This document shows, one piece after another, positions 1-12,788 of a stretch of DNA of 48,799 bases. This stretch comes from Reclinomonas americana ATCC 50394 (Eukaryota), in assembly GCA_048213135.1 (NCBI GenBank), contig PS015046.1, forward strand, positions 1 to 48,799. Reading direction: 5' to 3'. The position numbers and the translations under genes were made by a program. Each line of letters starts with the position of its first letter. The stretch's first letter is position 1. Below the pieces are notes generated by a model that was given only the letters and a program-made list of their open reading frames with translations, had not been told where the DNA came from and did no database searches.

Positions 1-2213
1 AAAAGAGACGGCAGCGCGCGCCGTGTTGCCGTTCTCGCCCACAAAGCCTGCGCCGCGCAACGTGCTTCAGCAATGACACTTCAGTGAAACATAACAGGTC
101 TGTTCGCAACTCGGTGGGCGCGGGGCGTCGGTGAACGCATCGGTGGTCCTTCCCAAACGGATACGCTCAATCATGGAGACCGGCAGTCGGTTCTGTCTGC
201 GTGGCTTCCACTGCGAGTCGCCCCAACAAACATGCTGCTCATCTTCGGAGAGCCACAGTGGGCGCACGTGCAGACCACTCGACGAGTACAGCACAAACTC
301 GCGCGCTGCGACAAAGAGTAAGCTCAAGGGCACGAGCTGGGTGATTCTGGTGAGGACGCACCAGTCTTCATGTCTTGGATGGCTGCCGAGGGTGCCATGT
401 TTCGCATGGATTCGAGAATACCGTCGACGGCCACCGGGAGATCGAGGGAGGTCTCCTGTGCGGCCAAAGCAAATCATGGTCACCGTCAGCGAGAACGGAG
501 GAGAAAAGAGCAATGACACAGCGGTGAGCGCAACATGCATGACGTCGGGCACCGTCAGCGGTCGGCCAGAGAGGTAGCTCCGGGTGAAATGCACCGGGAA
601 CTCACCCTGCGTGTGACGCCGCGGATGAGATTCGAGATGTGTGCGCGCGCGGATACACAAGAGACGCAACAGCTGCATGCGTTCGCGTGTTGCGACCGTA
701 CACGTAGCCAGAGGGGCATCCGTGCACCGACAAGATCTCAATCACGTCGTTGGCCACAAACGAAAACTCGGGCGTCTCCGGATTCACATACGAGTCGATN
801 NNNNNNNNNNNNNNNNNNNNNNNNNNNNNNNNNNNNNNNNNNNNNNNNNNNNNNNNNNNNNNNNNNNNNNNNNNNNNNNNNNNNNNNNNNNNNNNNNNNN
901 NNNNNNNNNNNNNNNNNNNNNNNNNNNNNNNNNNNNNNNNNNNNNNNNNNNNNNNNNNNNNNNNNNNNNNNNNNNNNNNNNNNNNNNNNNNNNNNNNNNN
1001 NNNNNNNNNNNNNNNNAGCACAGACGCGCAGCAGGGTTTCTGGAGCAGGTGGGGATGAGATGAGAAGGAGGCCAAGAGCGTAAAGTTACTCTTACCGGCA
1101 GTATCATCGCGAGTCGGTCGTTTCTGCAACAATACGAGTCAGGAAACGTCGTTAAAAAGTCGCACACACCACAACGCCCGGCCAGTCTCACCAGTACGGC
1201 CATAGAGACCACGGCGCTCGAGCCGTTGGCAGCCGGTGTCGAACGAGTGGAGAAGGTCTCTTGTTGCGGTTGCGTTGACAGCGATGCAGTGTCGTCGAAA
1301 TGTGAACGCGTATGTGCCCGCTGCGCCGATGGGAGTGAGACAACAACGAGAGGATGAGTTCGGCCACGGAGAAGGTAATCAATCACGCAACACTATCAGC
1401 GGGACGTGTGGCAGGCGCCTACCGTGATGAGGAAATGAGAGAGTGCTGGTCAGATACTGGCATTGAAGAAAACGTATGAGGCAAGAGACGCAACAAGTGC
1501 GGGAGAAGACACAACCACTCGAGGAGCGGGCGGTGGCGACACGACGGCAGCAGTGAACTGCAAACATGCACATATTGTGAGAGTGGGGGGGGGGGGGGTG
1601 GGGGGCGGCGCGTGCGAGTGGCCGGGTGAACGCAACAGGTGACGAGCGAGCGTCAGAACCGCCACCACCACCACCACGTCCCTTTAGCACAAAGTCAGCG
1701 ACATTCCTCAGCACATCTCTCTCTTCCTCATGGGTTCTCACCAGCGACGCCTCCTCAGACCCATCCGCGGCCAGTACCACCGGCGAGCCGACAAATGACG
1801 CGCGGAATGTGCGATCAAGGTCCACATCGTCGACACCCTTCAGGCGACCAGCGTTGACCGGCGAGCGGTGCTCCACCGACACGGGAACCTGGAAGCAACA
1901 GTCAGCTCCCCGAGAAAGAGGGAAAACTCTCATTTGCGCCACAAACCAGCCCGGGCGGCACCGACAGCGAGCCCACATGTACGAGTCCGACGGCGCCCTT
2001 TCGGTTCTGCACAATCCACCACCCGCTGGCGTGCTGCTCAATGACGCGCACAAACTCGCCCTCGGTCAGCTCCAGCTGTGGCGGCGGCGGTGAAAGTGAG
2101 TGAGGGTGGAGAGGGGTGATATGAAAGGCGGCGCAAACCTCGGTCTCGTTGTCGCGCAGCACCGTGCGCAGAGCCGTGGCCCATCCGAGCTCCGCACGAA
2201 GGCGCTCCGACAT
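1..2213 (-). CDS. Multi-exon protein with an N-terminal divergent SH3 domain and a PLC-type PH-like domain; 3' end lies beyond the window start
   Basis: ATG at 2213. Exon 2213-2139 (donor GTTTGC) and exon 2075-1947 splice to WATALRTVLRDNETE|LELTEGEFVRVIEQHASGWWIVQNRKGAVGLVHVGSL, which has the SH3 ELxL...GWW...G pattern. The exon at about 300-97 encodes FVLYSSSGLHVRPLWLSEDEQHVCWGDSQWKPRRQNRLPVSMIERIRLGRTTDAF (PH-like). The middle is interrupted by gap 800-1017, so linkage of the two domains is inferred. Confidence 0.6.
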
Positions 2214-2851
2214 GGTGGCTGGGTCGGAGGAGGGGGCGGCGGGGGATGATTCTGCGATGGGGGAGAAGGGGATGAGTGGGGAGGGGAAGGGGAGAAGGGG
2301 AAGGGAGAAGGGGGAAGGAGGAAGGGGGAAGGGAGAAGGGGAAAACAAGGGAAAGACAAGGAGGAAGAGAAGGGGGAAGACGAGGGGGAAGACCAAGGCG
2401 GAAGACCAAGGGGAAAGACAAGGAGGAAGAGAAGGGGGAAGGCAGGGGGGAAGGCAGGGGGGAAGGCATGGGGNNNNNNNNNNNNNNNNNNNNNNNNNNN
2501 NNNNNNNNNNNNNNNNNNNNNNNNNNNNNNNNNNNNNNNNNNNNNNNNNNNNNNNNNNNNNNNNNNNNNNNNNNNNNNNNNNNNNNNNNNNNNNNNNNNN
2601 NNNNNNNNNNNNNNNNNNNNNNNNNNNNNNNNNNNNNNNNNNNNNNNNNNNNNNNNNNNNNNNNNNNNNNNNNNNNNNNNNNNNNNNNNNNNNNNNNNNN
2701 NNNNNNNNNNNNNNNNNNNNNNNNNNNNNNNNNNNNNNNNNNNNNNNNNNNNNNNNNNNNNNNNNNNNNNNNNNNNNNNNNNNNNNNNNNNNNNNNNNNN
2801 NNNNNNNNNNNNNNNNNNNNNNNNNNNNNNNNNNNNNNNNNNNNNNNNNNN

Positions 2852-3720
2852 CCATGACTGACGATCAGCGGACCGTGGAGACACGCACCGGGACCGCCAA
2901 TGTTGGCAAGGAGGGAGGAGGCCAGCTCCTGAGGCGGCGCGACCTCCGCCTCCGCCTCCTGCATGATCTCTTGCGCCTCGTACCGCGGTGTCAATGCCGA
3001 CATACGCGCCGGTTGTTGTTGCTGTTGTTGCGGCTGCTGCTGATGACCACCACCAGCGTGGCCATTGGCGGTCCACGCCGATAACGACCCACTGGGCGCC
3101 GTCTGCGGCCTCGCACTGTCACCATTTTGCTGCTGTTGTTGCTGCTGGCGAGCGAGAGCGGCAGCCGGCGGCGGTTGGCGCAGTGGCGGCATGCTGACGG
3201 GTGGCGGCGCCGTCATCAACGCGTTGCTGAGCGCGTACTTGTCGTAGTACATTTGACGAATGGCGGTGGCCAGCTGCAGCCGCTCCCCGACATCCAGAGC
3301 CTTGGAGGGGCCAGTCATCAGCTGCGCGTGGGGTTTCGTGAGCACACAAGAGCAGAAACGCCGTCACAAGAACGCGGACCTTGTCCAGAGTGGCCCGGCA
3401 TTCGCGATCGACGCCACGAGTGCTCTCCTGCAGCTCCCTCAACAGGCCAAACGTCTCTGGCGCAGAGCTGGAGAGCGCGTGGTAGCGGCCGGCAGGCGAC
3501 GCAAACGTCATGGTGTCTGAGGAGGGCGGTGAGCACCACTACAAAGCACAGCAAAGGAAACCACAAAACACGAAACTGGTCACGTCCGTCGGTGTCGCCA
3601 ATCTGCAGAAGACACACACACATGAGGCAAACTGGAAGGGAGCAGTCAGCACAAGGGGGCGAGTGAGAGCAGCGCAACGTGGTCGACGGGCGCGCAGACT
3701 CCGTCGTTGACAATGTGTTC
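2852..3720 (-). CDS. Hypothetical multi-exon protein with a Gln/Pro-rich region (partial)
   Basis: Coding-like exons TMTFASPAGRYHALSSSAPETFGLLRELQESTRGVDRECRATLDK and LTKPHAQLMTGPSKALDVGERLQLATAIRQMYYDKYALSNALMTAPPPV...QQQQQQQ, separated by GT-AG introns. It runs into the gap at 2851 and the start is uncertain. Confidence 0.45.
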
Positions 3721-4200
3721 TGCACAGTAGCAAGTGGTCAATTGGTCAGTTTACCGAAATGTCGCGTCCGCAGAAGGAAAAAAGAAAAGTAGAAGAAGGG
3801 AGTTGGAGAAGTGTGAGTGAGTGAACAGGAGAGAGTGAGGGGGAAAGAGGGAGGAAGGGTGATACAGGAGCAGTTTAGTTCGATTTGTAAGAGATGGACA
3901 GCGTGTGTGTGTGAGAGGAGAGAGTGTGCGCGCGTGTGTGTGTGAGAGAGAGGCTATATGCGTGCGTGTGCGTGCAGGGAGACAGAGGAGGAGTGAGCGT
4001 GAGTGAGTGGAGTTGAGAAAAGTGTCTGTCCGACAATACGTTCACACGAATGCAAGCGCTCACATGAGAAGAGCAGAGCACAGAGAGTATGTGTACGTGC
4101 AAGAGAGAGACACTGATAACGCAGGCACGAGCGTCCAGCTGCATCAGTGAACACGCAAACCCTCACACACTCGGTTTTCAGACACAACGCGCCTCTCTCA

Positions 4201-4203
<3 letters not shown>

Positions 4204-4266
<63 letters not shown>
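4204..4266. repeat. (CA)n microsatellite
   Basis: Direct observation. Confidence 0.95.
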
Positions 4267-4270
<4 letters not shown>

Positions 4271-4799
4271 CCCTCCTCCTCTCTCTCACTCACNNNNNNN
4301 NNNNNNNNNNNNNNNNNNNNNNNNNNNNNNNNNNNNNNNNNNNNNNNNNNNNNNNNNNNNNNNNNNNNNNNNNNNNNNNNNNNNNNNNNNNNNNNNNNNN
4401 NNNNNNNNNNNNNNNNNNNNNNNNNNNNNNNNNNNNNNNNNNNNNNNNNNNNNNNNNNNNNNNNNNNNNNNNNNNNNNNNNNNNNNNNNNNNNNNNNNNN
4501 NNNNNNNNNNNNNNNNNNNNNNNNNNNNNNNNNNNNNNNNNNNNNNNNNNNNNNNNNNNNNNNNNNNNNNNNNNNNNNNNNNNNNNNNNNNNNNNNNNNN
4601 NNNNNNNNNNNNNNNNNNNNNNNNNNNNNNNNNNNNNNNNNNNNNNNNNNNNNNNNNNNNNNNNNNNNNNNNNNNNNNNNNNNNNNNNNNNNNNNNNNNN
4701 NNNNNNNNNNNNNNNNNNNNNNNNGAAAGGGGGAAAAACTCAAGAAAAAAAGACTGATTACAAACACTGACAGAGAGAGAGAGAGAGAGAGCAAAGGCA

Positions 4800-5060
4800 G
4801 CAGTGATGACACTGATGAATACTTCACACAAAACAGTGAGAGAAAGGCACCACTGATGAACACTGTGAGCGATCACTCAAAAGACTCAAAGAGCGATGAA
4901 AAAGGCACCACTCACTCAACAGTGATGCACTGAGCGATCAACACACTCACAGAGTGATGAAAAAAGACACCACACTGATAAACACTCACTCACAGAGTAA
5001 AAAACAGTGATGCACTGAGCGATCAACAACAGACTGATGAAAAAAAAGGCACCACCAAGC
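4800..5060. repeat. Degenerate minisatellite (CACTGATGAA / CAGTGATGCACTGAGCGATCAACA units)
   Basis: AACAGTGATGCACTGAGCGATCAACA occurs at about 4918 and 5003; CACTGATG and AAAAAGGCACCAC also recur. Confidence 0.6.
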
Positions 5061-5390
5061 GATCGGTACCAAAACACCACCAAAACAGCACCAAACAACG
5101 ATGCAAACGCGATCGCTGGTGACAGAAAAGCGATCGCTCTTATTATACACACACTGTCTCTTGTGTCTGTGTGTGCACGAGCGATCGCTCTCTGTCTGTC
5201 TTGTGCTCACTGTTGACAATTGCACGCGAGTGTCTTTGTCTGTGTGTGTTGAAAGGCCCTCTTTGTGCGCAACAAGGCCCTCTTTGTTGTTGTTTTGTGT
5301 GTGTTGAGTGTTGCCTATGAGTGTGCCAGTGTCGCGGGTGAGTGTGTCGTTGTGTGTCAGTGTGTGTGTTTGTGTGAGTGAGAGGCGCGC

Positions 5391-5410
5391 ATGATATTCG
5401 ATCGGAATCG

Positions 5411-5464
<54 letters not shown>

Positions 5465-8400
5465 AGAGAGAGAGCGTGTATGTGTATGTGTATGTGATCG
5501 ATATGTGGTGGTGTGCGGAAACATGCAGACACACTCTTTCTTCCGTTTTCTTGCAAGTTTCCTCCTTTCCTCTCTCTCCCTCTCTCCCCTCCCTCTCTCT
5601 CTTTCTCTCACGCGCACACTCATTCATTGCGCTCTCTGCGGTCTCTCCTTTGTTCTGCGGTCTCTGTTTTTCGGTCCTCTCTTCTCTCCCTCCCTCTCTC
5701 ACGTGCACATCTGCCTCTCCTCCTCTCCCTTCCCTCTCACCTATTGCATGCACTCTCCCCATTGCTCCTCTCATTCTCTCTTCTCTCTCATCCCTCCTCC
5801 TTCTCTCGCACGCATTCTTCCCTTCGTCTCCTTTCCTTTCCCTCTCATCTCTCAATCCGTTCTTTTCCCTCCTTGCCCTCCCCTCTCCGTCCCCTCCTCT
5901 GCTTTGGCATCCTCCCTTCTCTACCCATCACTGCTCTCGTTTCAACCCTCTCTCTTATCTCTTGCATGCTCTCTCTCTCTCTCTCTCGCATGCTCTCTCT
6001 CTCTCTCTCCCTTCTTTTCCTCTCTCTTCTCTCTCCCCACCGCTCCTCTCGTTTTAACCCTCTCTCTGCTTTCACTCCCTCCCTCCCTCCCCCCCCCCCC
6101 CTCCCTCTCTCTCCTCCTCCTCTCCCTTATTTAAAATCATCTCAATTCTCCTCTCTTTCCATGCCTCCTCTCATCCCTTGCCCTCACTGCCTCCCTTCCT
6201 TCTTCTCTCCTCTCAGTTGATCATGGTGCCTCTGGAGGGCGGGGCCGGCACCGTGACCACCATGGACTTGCCACACACGGGCGACCGCGTCACGTTCGCC
6301 TCCGACTCGTCGACCGAGCTCATTCTCGGCGATATGACCATTCTGCGCATGGTGACCACTGATAATGCCACGGTTGTGTGGTGCAGTTGCGTGTGAGACA
6401 AGAAAGAGGGAATGAGACAAGAGAGAGGGACGGAGAGAGAGAGAAACACGACGGAGGCACTGTAGTGGCGAGGGAAGATCGATCCTGAAGTGGAGAAACA
6501 GAAAAAAAGCAACAAGCAAGTGAGAAAAGCACGAGGAAGAGAGGCACGAGGAAGAGAGAGGGACGAGAGAAAGAGAAGAGAGAAAGAAGTGAGAAACTAA
6601 CATGCGAGAAACACAACCAGAGGAAGAGAGAGGACCGAGAGAAACAGAGAGAGAAAGAGAAAGAACCAACAAGAGCGAGAGAATACACAGAGGAAGAGAT
6701 GAACGAGAGAAACAGAAAGAACAAAGAGAGAAAGCGAGGAATAAACATGCGAGAAACACACCCAGAGGAACAGAGAAAGAGAAAGAGAAAAAAGCGAGAA
6801 ACACCGAGAGAAAGCACACCTAGGAAGAGAGAGGAACGTGAGAGAGAGAGAAGATGAGTAGGACGACACAGAGACTGACACGATGAGAAAGAAACGCACA
6901 TAAAGTGCACGAGACGAGAGAGAGAACAGAAAGAGAAAGAAAAGGAGAACCACGCATACACACACACACCGAGAGAGAAAAGTATATACAAATGAGAGGG
7001 ACGAGAGAGCATGCAAAATAGGATATTGGTTTGCAGGTCCTCACCTCTCCCTCCTTCCCTCTCTCCTCACCCTCTCCCTCCCCCTCTCCCTCTCTCCCTC
7101 GCCCTCCAGTGGACGGCTCCATCTTCGTGCAAGGCACCATTGAATGCGGCACGCAGCTGTTCAAGTTCCCCAAGCTGCAGTGCGTCGGCCACGTGCCCGT
7201 GCACAGCCAGCATCACACGGAGAATTCCGTGTCGATGAGTGCCGGTCGTGAGCACGTGCTGCTGTGCAGCAACGGGACGCTGTATGGCTTCGGCTCCACG
7301 CGCTTCTGCCAGCTGCCACCGCTGGCGGAGATGGCACACGGGAAACGCGGTGTGTCGCCGGCATCGCTGCCGGCCATTGTCAATCTGACAAACTTTATCG
7401 GGCCCACTCCGGTGGTGCGCGTGGCGTGCGGTCCGTTCTCCAGCGCTGTCATTCGAGGTCTGCGCATGTGAGCAGATGAAAAAGCCAACTGTTTCTTCCC
7501 TCTCACTTCCTCGTTTGCCTCGCAGCCGACAACCTGGCCGTGGCGTGGGGCTTTCGCAACGCACTGGCTGCGTTCGAACTGGCCCAGCGAATGGTGTCCG
7601 TCACGACCGTCCCCGTGACCCCCGATGGAGCCATCCGATCTGACTCGCCGGCCACGCTGGCCTCTGTTGGTGCGCGCGTATGGGAGGGAAGGACGGTTTC
7701 TTCTTCTCTCTTCCTCCTTACTTTCTCCGTCTCCTGCATCCCAGCCTCGTTCACCAGCATCCTCGGTCGCAAGATCGCCAATGGCGTAGAGATCCAGCAC
7801 TTGCCGCCGGAGATCAATCTCGACCAGATCGCCTTGTCAGACGAGTACGCCATTCTCGTCGACGGTGTGTGCACGCGATCCTCTTCTTCTTGCTGCACTA
7901 TCGTCTCACGCTCACCTCGCGTGACCTCCGCAGTGGACCACCGCACATACATTGTGGCGGCTGGTCTCGGATCCGCCACCCCGGTGTGTGCTGCCATTGA
8001 CGAGGTCGAGGGCCTGCAAGTGCACGGCGTGAATGCGGGCGCCGAGCACTGCATGCTGCTCACTGGTTTGTGTCGGTGCATCCTTTGTTTTTTCCTGTGG
8101 GCATGTGCTCATCCGCTCCTCCGCCCTCCAGTGAGCGGCTACGTGTGCCTGTGGGGCAGTTCGTCCATGTCGACGCCGCGCTTCAGTCGCGAGGTGCACA
8201 CTGTCGACTTTCACGGCGTGCTACCGGCTGCCATGCATGCCACGTTTAATCGGAAGTTTTATGTGGCCACTTCAGGTGAACGGGGGTGGAAGGGGCAAGG
8301 GTCGCGTATGCCTACGTCCATGCTGTTTTCGACTGGAATTCTTGTTTGAGCGTGTTTTCTTCGTCACCGCCCCTGCTCCTCGCCCCGCTCCTGCTCCTCC

Positions 8401-8898
8401 CCTCCCCTCCGCTCTCGCTCCTCCCCTCCGCTCTCGCTCCCCTCCACCCACTTCTCCTCCCCACCCACTTCTCCTCCCCTCCCACTTCTCATCCCGCTCC
8501 CACTGCTCCTCTCACTCCCCCATCTCCCCCCATCCCTTCCCCTTCTTCCCGCAGACTTCCTCACCGCCGTGTGGACCGCTCGAGAGGACCGCCTGTCACA
8601 GCAATGCTTGCAGCGCGTCGGTCTCGAGTATGGCACCGCCGAGCGACGGCGGCGCAAGGCCTCCGCCGAATTCCTGCAGCTCGTGGAGGAAGTTGGCACC
8701 CGTGAAATGCACCTGGTGCCCCTGTCGAGCGAGGTCGCCAGCGTCGAGCGCACCATTGCACAGCCGCTACTGTACTTTGCCGTGCACGACAATGTCGAGA
8801 TTCGCGATGTGGCTCTTCTTGACGGCTCCGACTATCTCGTGATCGCCTGCAGTTGCGCGCCGTTTTTCATCACAGGTATCACTTTCCCCTTTGACTAA
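5391..8898 (+). CDS. RCC1/BLIP-II-like beta-propeller protein, about 8 exons
   Basis: Spliced product includes SMSAGREHVLLCSNGTLYGFGSTRFCQL, VVRVACGPFSSAV and VHGVNAGAEHCMLLT|VSGYVCLWGS (RCC1 repeat motifs). Exon phases are consistent and the stop TAA ends at 8898. The 21-nt first exon (MIFDRNR, 5391-5411) is tentative; an alternative ATG lies at about 6223. Confidence 0.75.
6430..6950. repeat. Purine-rich imperfect tandem repeat inside an RCC1-gene intron
   Basis: AACATGCGAGAAACACA.CCAGAGGAA recurs at about 6599 and 6743 (about 145-bp period) within GA-rich sequence. Confidence 0.6.
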
Positions 8899-9108
8899 AC
8901 GCGCCCCGCCGTGCAGCCATTTCACCGCCAAAGCCTCGCACTCCACCTCCCGAGCCACAATTGCCGGTTCGTCGTACAGCGCCTTTGCCTTCCTCCTCCC
9001 GTCAGCTGATCGCGCTTTTTGTCCAGGTGTACGCCGTGGGGGAGACACAAACAACGAGACCGCAGACGCCTGCAGGTTTATCACTTCTACTACTCCTTCG
9101 CACCGTGC

Positions 9109-9208
9109 ATGTCTCATTCGCTCACCGTCGACTATTTCGTCGCAGAGGACGATGAACCCGCCCCCATGTCTTGGAGTCGTCAGGGTGAGCGACTGTGGCA
9201 GTCTGTCT

Positions 9209-9243
<35 letters not shown>

Positions 9244-11819
9244 CTTCTCACGCCCGTCGCAGTGGACCCTGAAGAAGCGAGAAACGCCGTCGAGCAACTG
9301 CGCGAATCACTGCGTGACGTTCTCGGCATGCCACTCTCTGTTGCGGTGCTCTCCCTCTCCCTCCTCTCCCTTTCTCTCTCATTGCACTCACCGCCACGCA
9401 ACAGCCTGCTCATGCGCCGATGCTTCCCCGCTCGCCGATCGTGTATTCGCGCTCTCCACGCGGCATCTACACGCCACCGGAANNNNNNNNNNNNNNNNNN
9501 NNTGCACGGTGTGGTTGCCGCACGTTCGTTATTCCACGTCTCCCTTCTCTCTTTTCCTCATGTGTCCCGTTTGTGCAGACACCCGCGAGGAGAGTCCCAT
9601 GTACGACTCGTCACCGCCGTCGGCCACACAAGACATCTACATGCCTGCGCCCGAGACTCCTGCAGAGGTCAGAGAGCGTCGCTTGCGTGAGGCGCTTGAG
9701 CGGCAGCAGGAGCGGCGCCAGTCGTCGTCGATCACGCCAAAGCGGAGCGGCGCTGGATTTTCCAGCCCTCCACGCGACGCCTTTGCCGCCGCCGCCGGAC
9801 GTGCGCATTTCTCGACGCCGCCAACTGCACCGTCGTCCGCCGATCGACTGGAAGGCCGGCGAGGAACCATCACTGGAGCACTGCCTGGTGTACCGCTTCC
9901 GCTGCCAGTGGCACAAATGGGTGTGGCACACGGTGCCGTTATTCCGAGCCCGCGCCCATCACTGGCCATGTCGTCTTCGTCGCCGGTTGCGTCGCCTCGA
10001 CGAGTTGCGTGGCGCACATCCTTGAGCTCTCTCTCTATCTATCTCTCTCAATCCAGCCTCTCTCTCTCTCTCATTTCTTTTGCTTCCACCTCTTTAATCC
10101 GTCACACAGCCGTCGGTCTCCGAGTATTCCCCACGCCAGTCATCGAATGGCCGACTGGCCAATGGCAAACCAGCTTCGCCACCGAAGGATGTGGGAATGC
10201 CGACCGTGGTCTCCATCGATCCGTACAGCGGTCGCGCACAACTGTCGTCGCACCCGACTCTTCCTCGTGCGTTCACACGTCCCCAGTATTTCGCGCGTGT
10301 TTATTCGCTGAATAGCTGTTATGTGCAGCCGCTCGTGCGAGTCCCCCAGTTCACGCTTCGCCGCACCTGCTTGCCGCTCCTCGTCGATCGCCACAGGACA
10401 CGTTCTCATACGACAGTTGCGCCGACCGACGACTTTGCTGCTCTCTCTCTCTCTGTCGCTCATTCCCTCTCAGGTTACAACCCCTCCGAGTCGTCGGCGG
10501 GCGAAATGGAGGACCTGCGTGCCCGTAATGCCGAGCTCATGACATATGTGCACCAGCTGACACATTTTGTCAAGAAACTGCGCAGGTGATTTTGTCGTCG
10601 TCGTCGTTGCGTGTATGAGTGCGCTCAAAATCATTCTTGCACAGTGAGCTGGCAGTGGAGCGCGAGACGAATCAGAGGCGCACGGCCGCCGCACCATCGC
10701 ACGAAGAGCCGCTCTCCCGCATCCAGCTGGAGCAGCTGGAGATCCGCATCCTCGACCTCGAATTGCAGAAGGAGGAGGCGCTCGTGCGCGCCGAGCAGCG
10801 CGACGTGGAGGTACATTCATCACCTCTCCTCCCCTTCCATTCACTCCACTCACTCCCTTCCTTGCGCAACGGCAGGTTCTGACGCTGCGACGGCAGTTGG
10901 AGGCCTTGCAGCAGGCCGCTGCCATTGGCGACGTGGCGGGCGACGGTCTCACGCCGACGTCGAAGAATCAGGTGGCACACGAGTTGTTCCAGACCGTGGT
11001 CGACTTGCAGCGCGAGAACGCGTATCTGCGTGCGCGCTTGGATGGCTCATCGCACGGCGTCTCGCGAGTCACCTCGGGTCGCAACTCGCCCACCAACCCC
11101 ACCAATCTCACCCACGAATTCGACCGCGACTTTGCCAACAAGGTGCACCAGTCGCACTTGCATCGCGGTCACGAAGGCCAGCACTCGTCGCCCGAGTGGA
11201 GTGTCGATGGTGCGTCGACAGCAAGCGGCCGTGACGGCGATGCGGTGGAATTGGAGGCCGCTGTCATGGACGACGAGGAGGAGGTCGAAGTGGAGGAGGC
11301 GTACGACCGTCAGCAGCAACGAGGAGCAGCGCATCTCAATCACCACCAGCAGCACCACTACACACACCGTCACGAGTACGACCACGAGCGGTACGAGGAC
11401 GATGGCGATGGACAGCAGCAGCACTCGCTGGATCATGATCCGCTGTTGGCGGTGGGCGCTGCAAGGACTCCGTCGGACCTGCCGTGGATCCACGTGACGA
11501 CGGCGCCTACCGCTGACCCGCACTCGCAGCCGCGAGTGGTGGACACACATGCCGCCATCTGGGAGGCTCGGCACAGGGCGGGCGAAACAGTTGCGTCGAG
11601 GCAAGAAGAATTGTGGTGGCGGTGGTGGTGGTGATTGCTCACTTGTGTTGGCAGGCACGCACGCTTCCGCTGATCGAGCCATCGTCGAATCCCTCACCGC
11701 GAAAGCACTACACGGGTGCCGCCGACGACGAGGATGCTGGGGCGTCGGAACCGATGCCGCCAGAGGCGGCGTTGGGTTCGAGTCGGGGGGCGTCGAGGGG
11801 AGGAGGCGCGCATCGGTGA
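9109..11819 (+). CDS. Multi-exon Ser/Pro-rich coiled-coil protein of unknown function
   Basis: Phase-consistent exons include EMEDLRARNAELMTYVHQLTHFVKKLR, RIQLEQLEIRILDLELQKEEALVRAEQRDVE and FQTVVDLQRENAYLRARLD (heptad-like), followed by a His/Asp-rich segment. Stop TGA ends at 11819; the start is tentative. Confidence 0.65.
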
Positions 11820-12788
11820 TGAAGAGTGGGGTGGAGAGGTGGGGGAGCCTTTGTAATGTAGCGGAACTGAAGTTGCCTGACGATGGTCACCTGCATGATG
11901 CCTGGCTCTGCTTGCACTGCATACCCGGCCAAGGCGCGTCTTGGCTCTGCGACGAGGTCAGTGGTGGGGGGAGGTGACGACTTCGGCCGGCAGCTGACCG
12001 CACTCGACGTTCGCCAGCGACGGAGCTGCTGCGCTGGTGGGGCGACTCCGCTCTTCGGTGACTCATGACTTCTGACACCAACACGACGAGCCATGAGTGG
12101 TGTTGCAGATACCGACAGTCTCATGTTCAGTTTCTCAGGTGTTCACCCAAGATGGTGCATATTACCAAAAAGTCATCAAGATCCGCTTGCTCTTCCGCAT
12201 GCGATCCATACTGTCAGGAGAGCTCGGGTGACTCCGTCTCATTCCCGCATCGGCGTCTTGTCCTTCGACTTGACGATTGGAAAAGTCCGATATTTTTTTA
12301 NNNNNNNNNNNNNNNNNNNNNNNNNNNNNNNNNNNNNNNNNNNNNNNNNNNNNNNNNNNNNNNNNNNNNNNNNNNNNNNNNNNNNNNNNNNNNNNNNNNN
12401 NNNNNNNNNNNNNNNNNNNNNNNNNNNNNNNNNNNNNNNNNNNNNNNNNNNNNNNNNNNNNNNNNNNNNNNNNNNNNNNNNNNNNNNNNNNNNNNNNNNN
12501 NNNNNNNNNNNNNNNNNNNNNNNNNNNNNNNNNNNNNNNNNNNNNNNNNNNNNNNNNNNNNNNNNNNNNNNNNNNNNNNNNNNNNNNNNNNNNNNNNNNN
12601 NNNNNNNNNNNNNNNNNNNNNNNNNNNNNNNNNNNNNNNNNNNNNNNNNNNNNNNNNNNNNNNNNNNNNNNNNNNNNNNNNNNNNNNNNNNNNNNNNNNN
12701 NNNNNNNNNNNNNNNNNNNNNNNNNNNNNNNNNNNNNNNNNNNNNNNNNNNNNNNNNNNNNNNNNNNNNNNNNNNNNNNNNNNNNNNN

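Noticed and set aside
5040-5152. Hydrophobic minus-strand segment AIAFLSPAIAFASLFGAVLVVFWYR as a transmembrane exon
   Set aside because: It could belong to the 2852-3720 gene, but it overlaps a degenerate repeat and cannot be linked across the gap.
4089-7016. Long ORFs rich in HT, CV, ER or LS dipeptides, and ORFs spanning N runs
   Set aside because: These are translations of microsatellites, purine/pyrimidine tracts or gaps. The same applies to similar ORFs at about 30000-31800, 37850-38560 and 40400-43060.
9328-9340. GC-AG donor (G|GCATGC) in the coiled-coil gene
   Set aside because: The downstream GTTGCG donor at 9340 gives the correct phase for the next exon.
11820-12300. Short ORFs between the coiled-coil and PQQ genes
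   Set aside because: No recognisable motif or consistent splice pattern.
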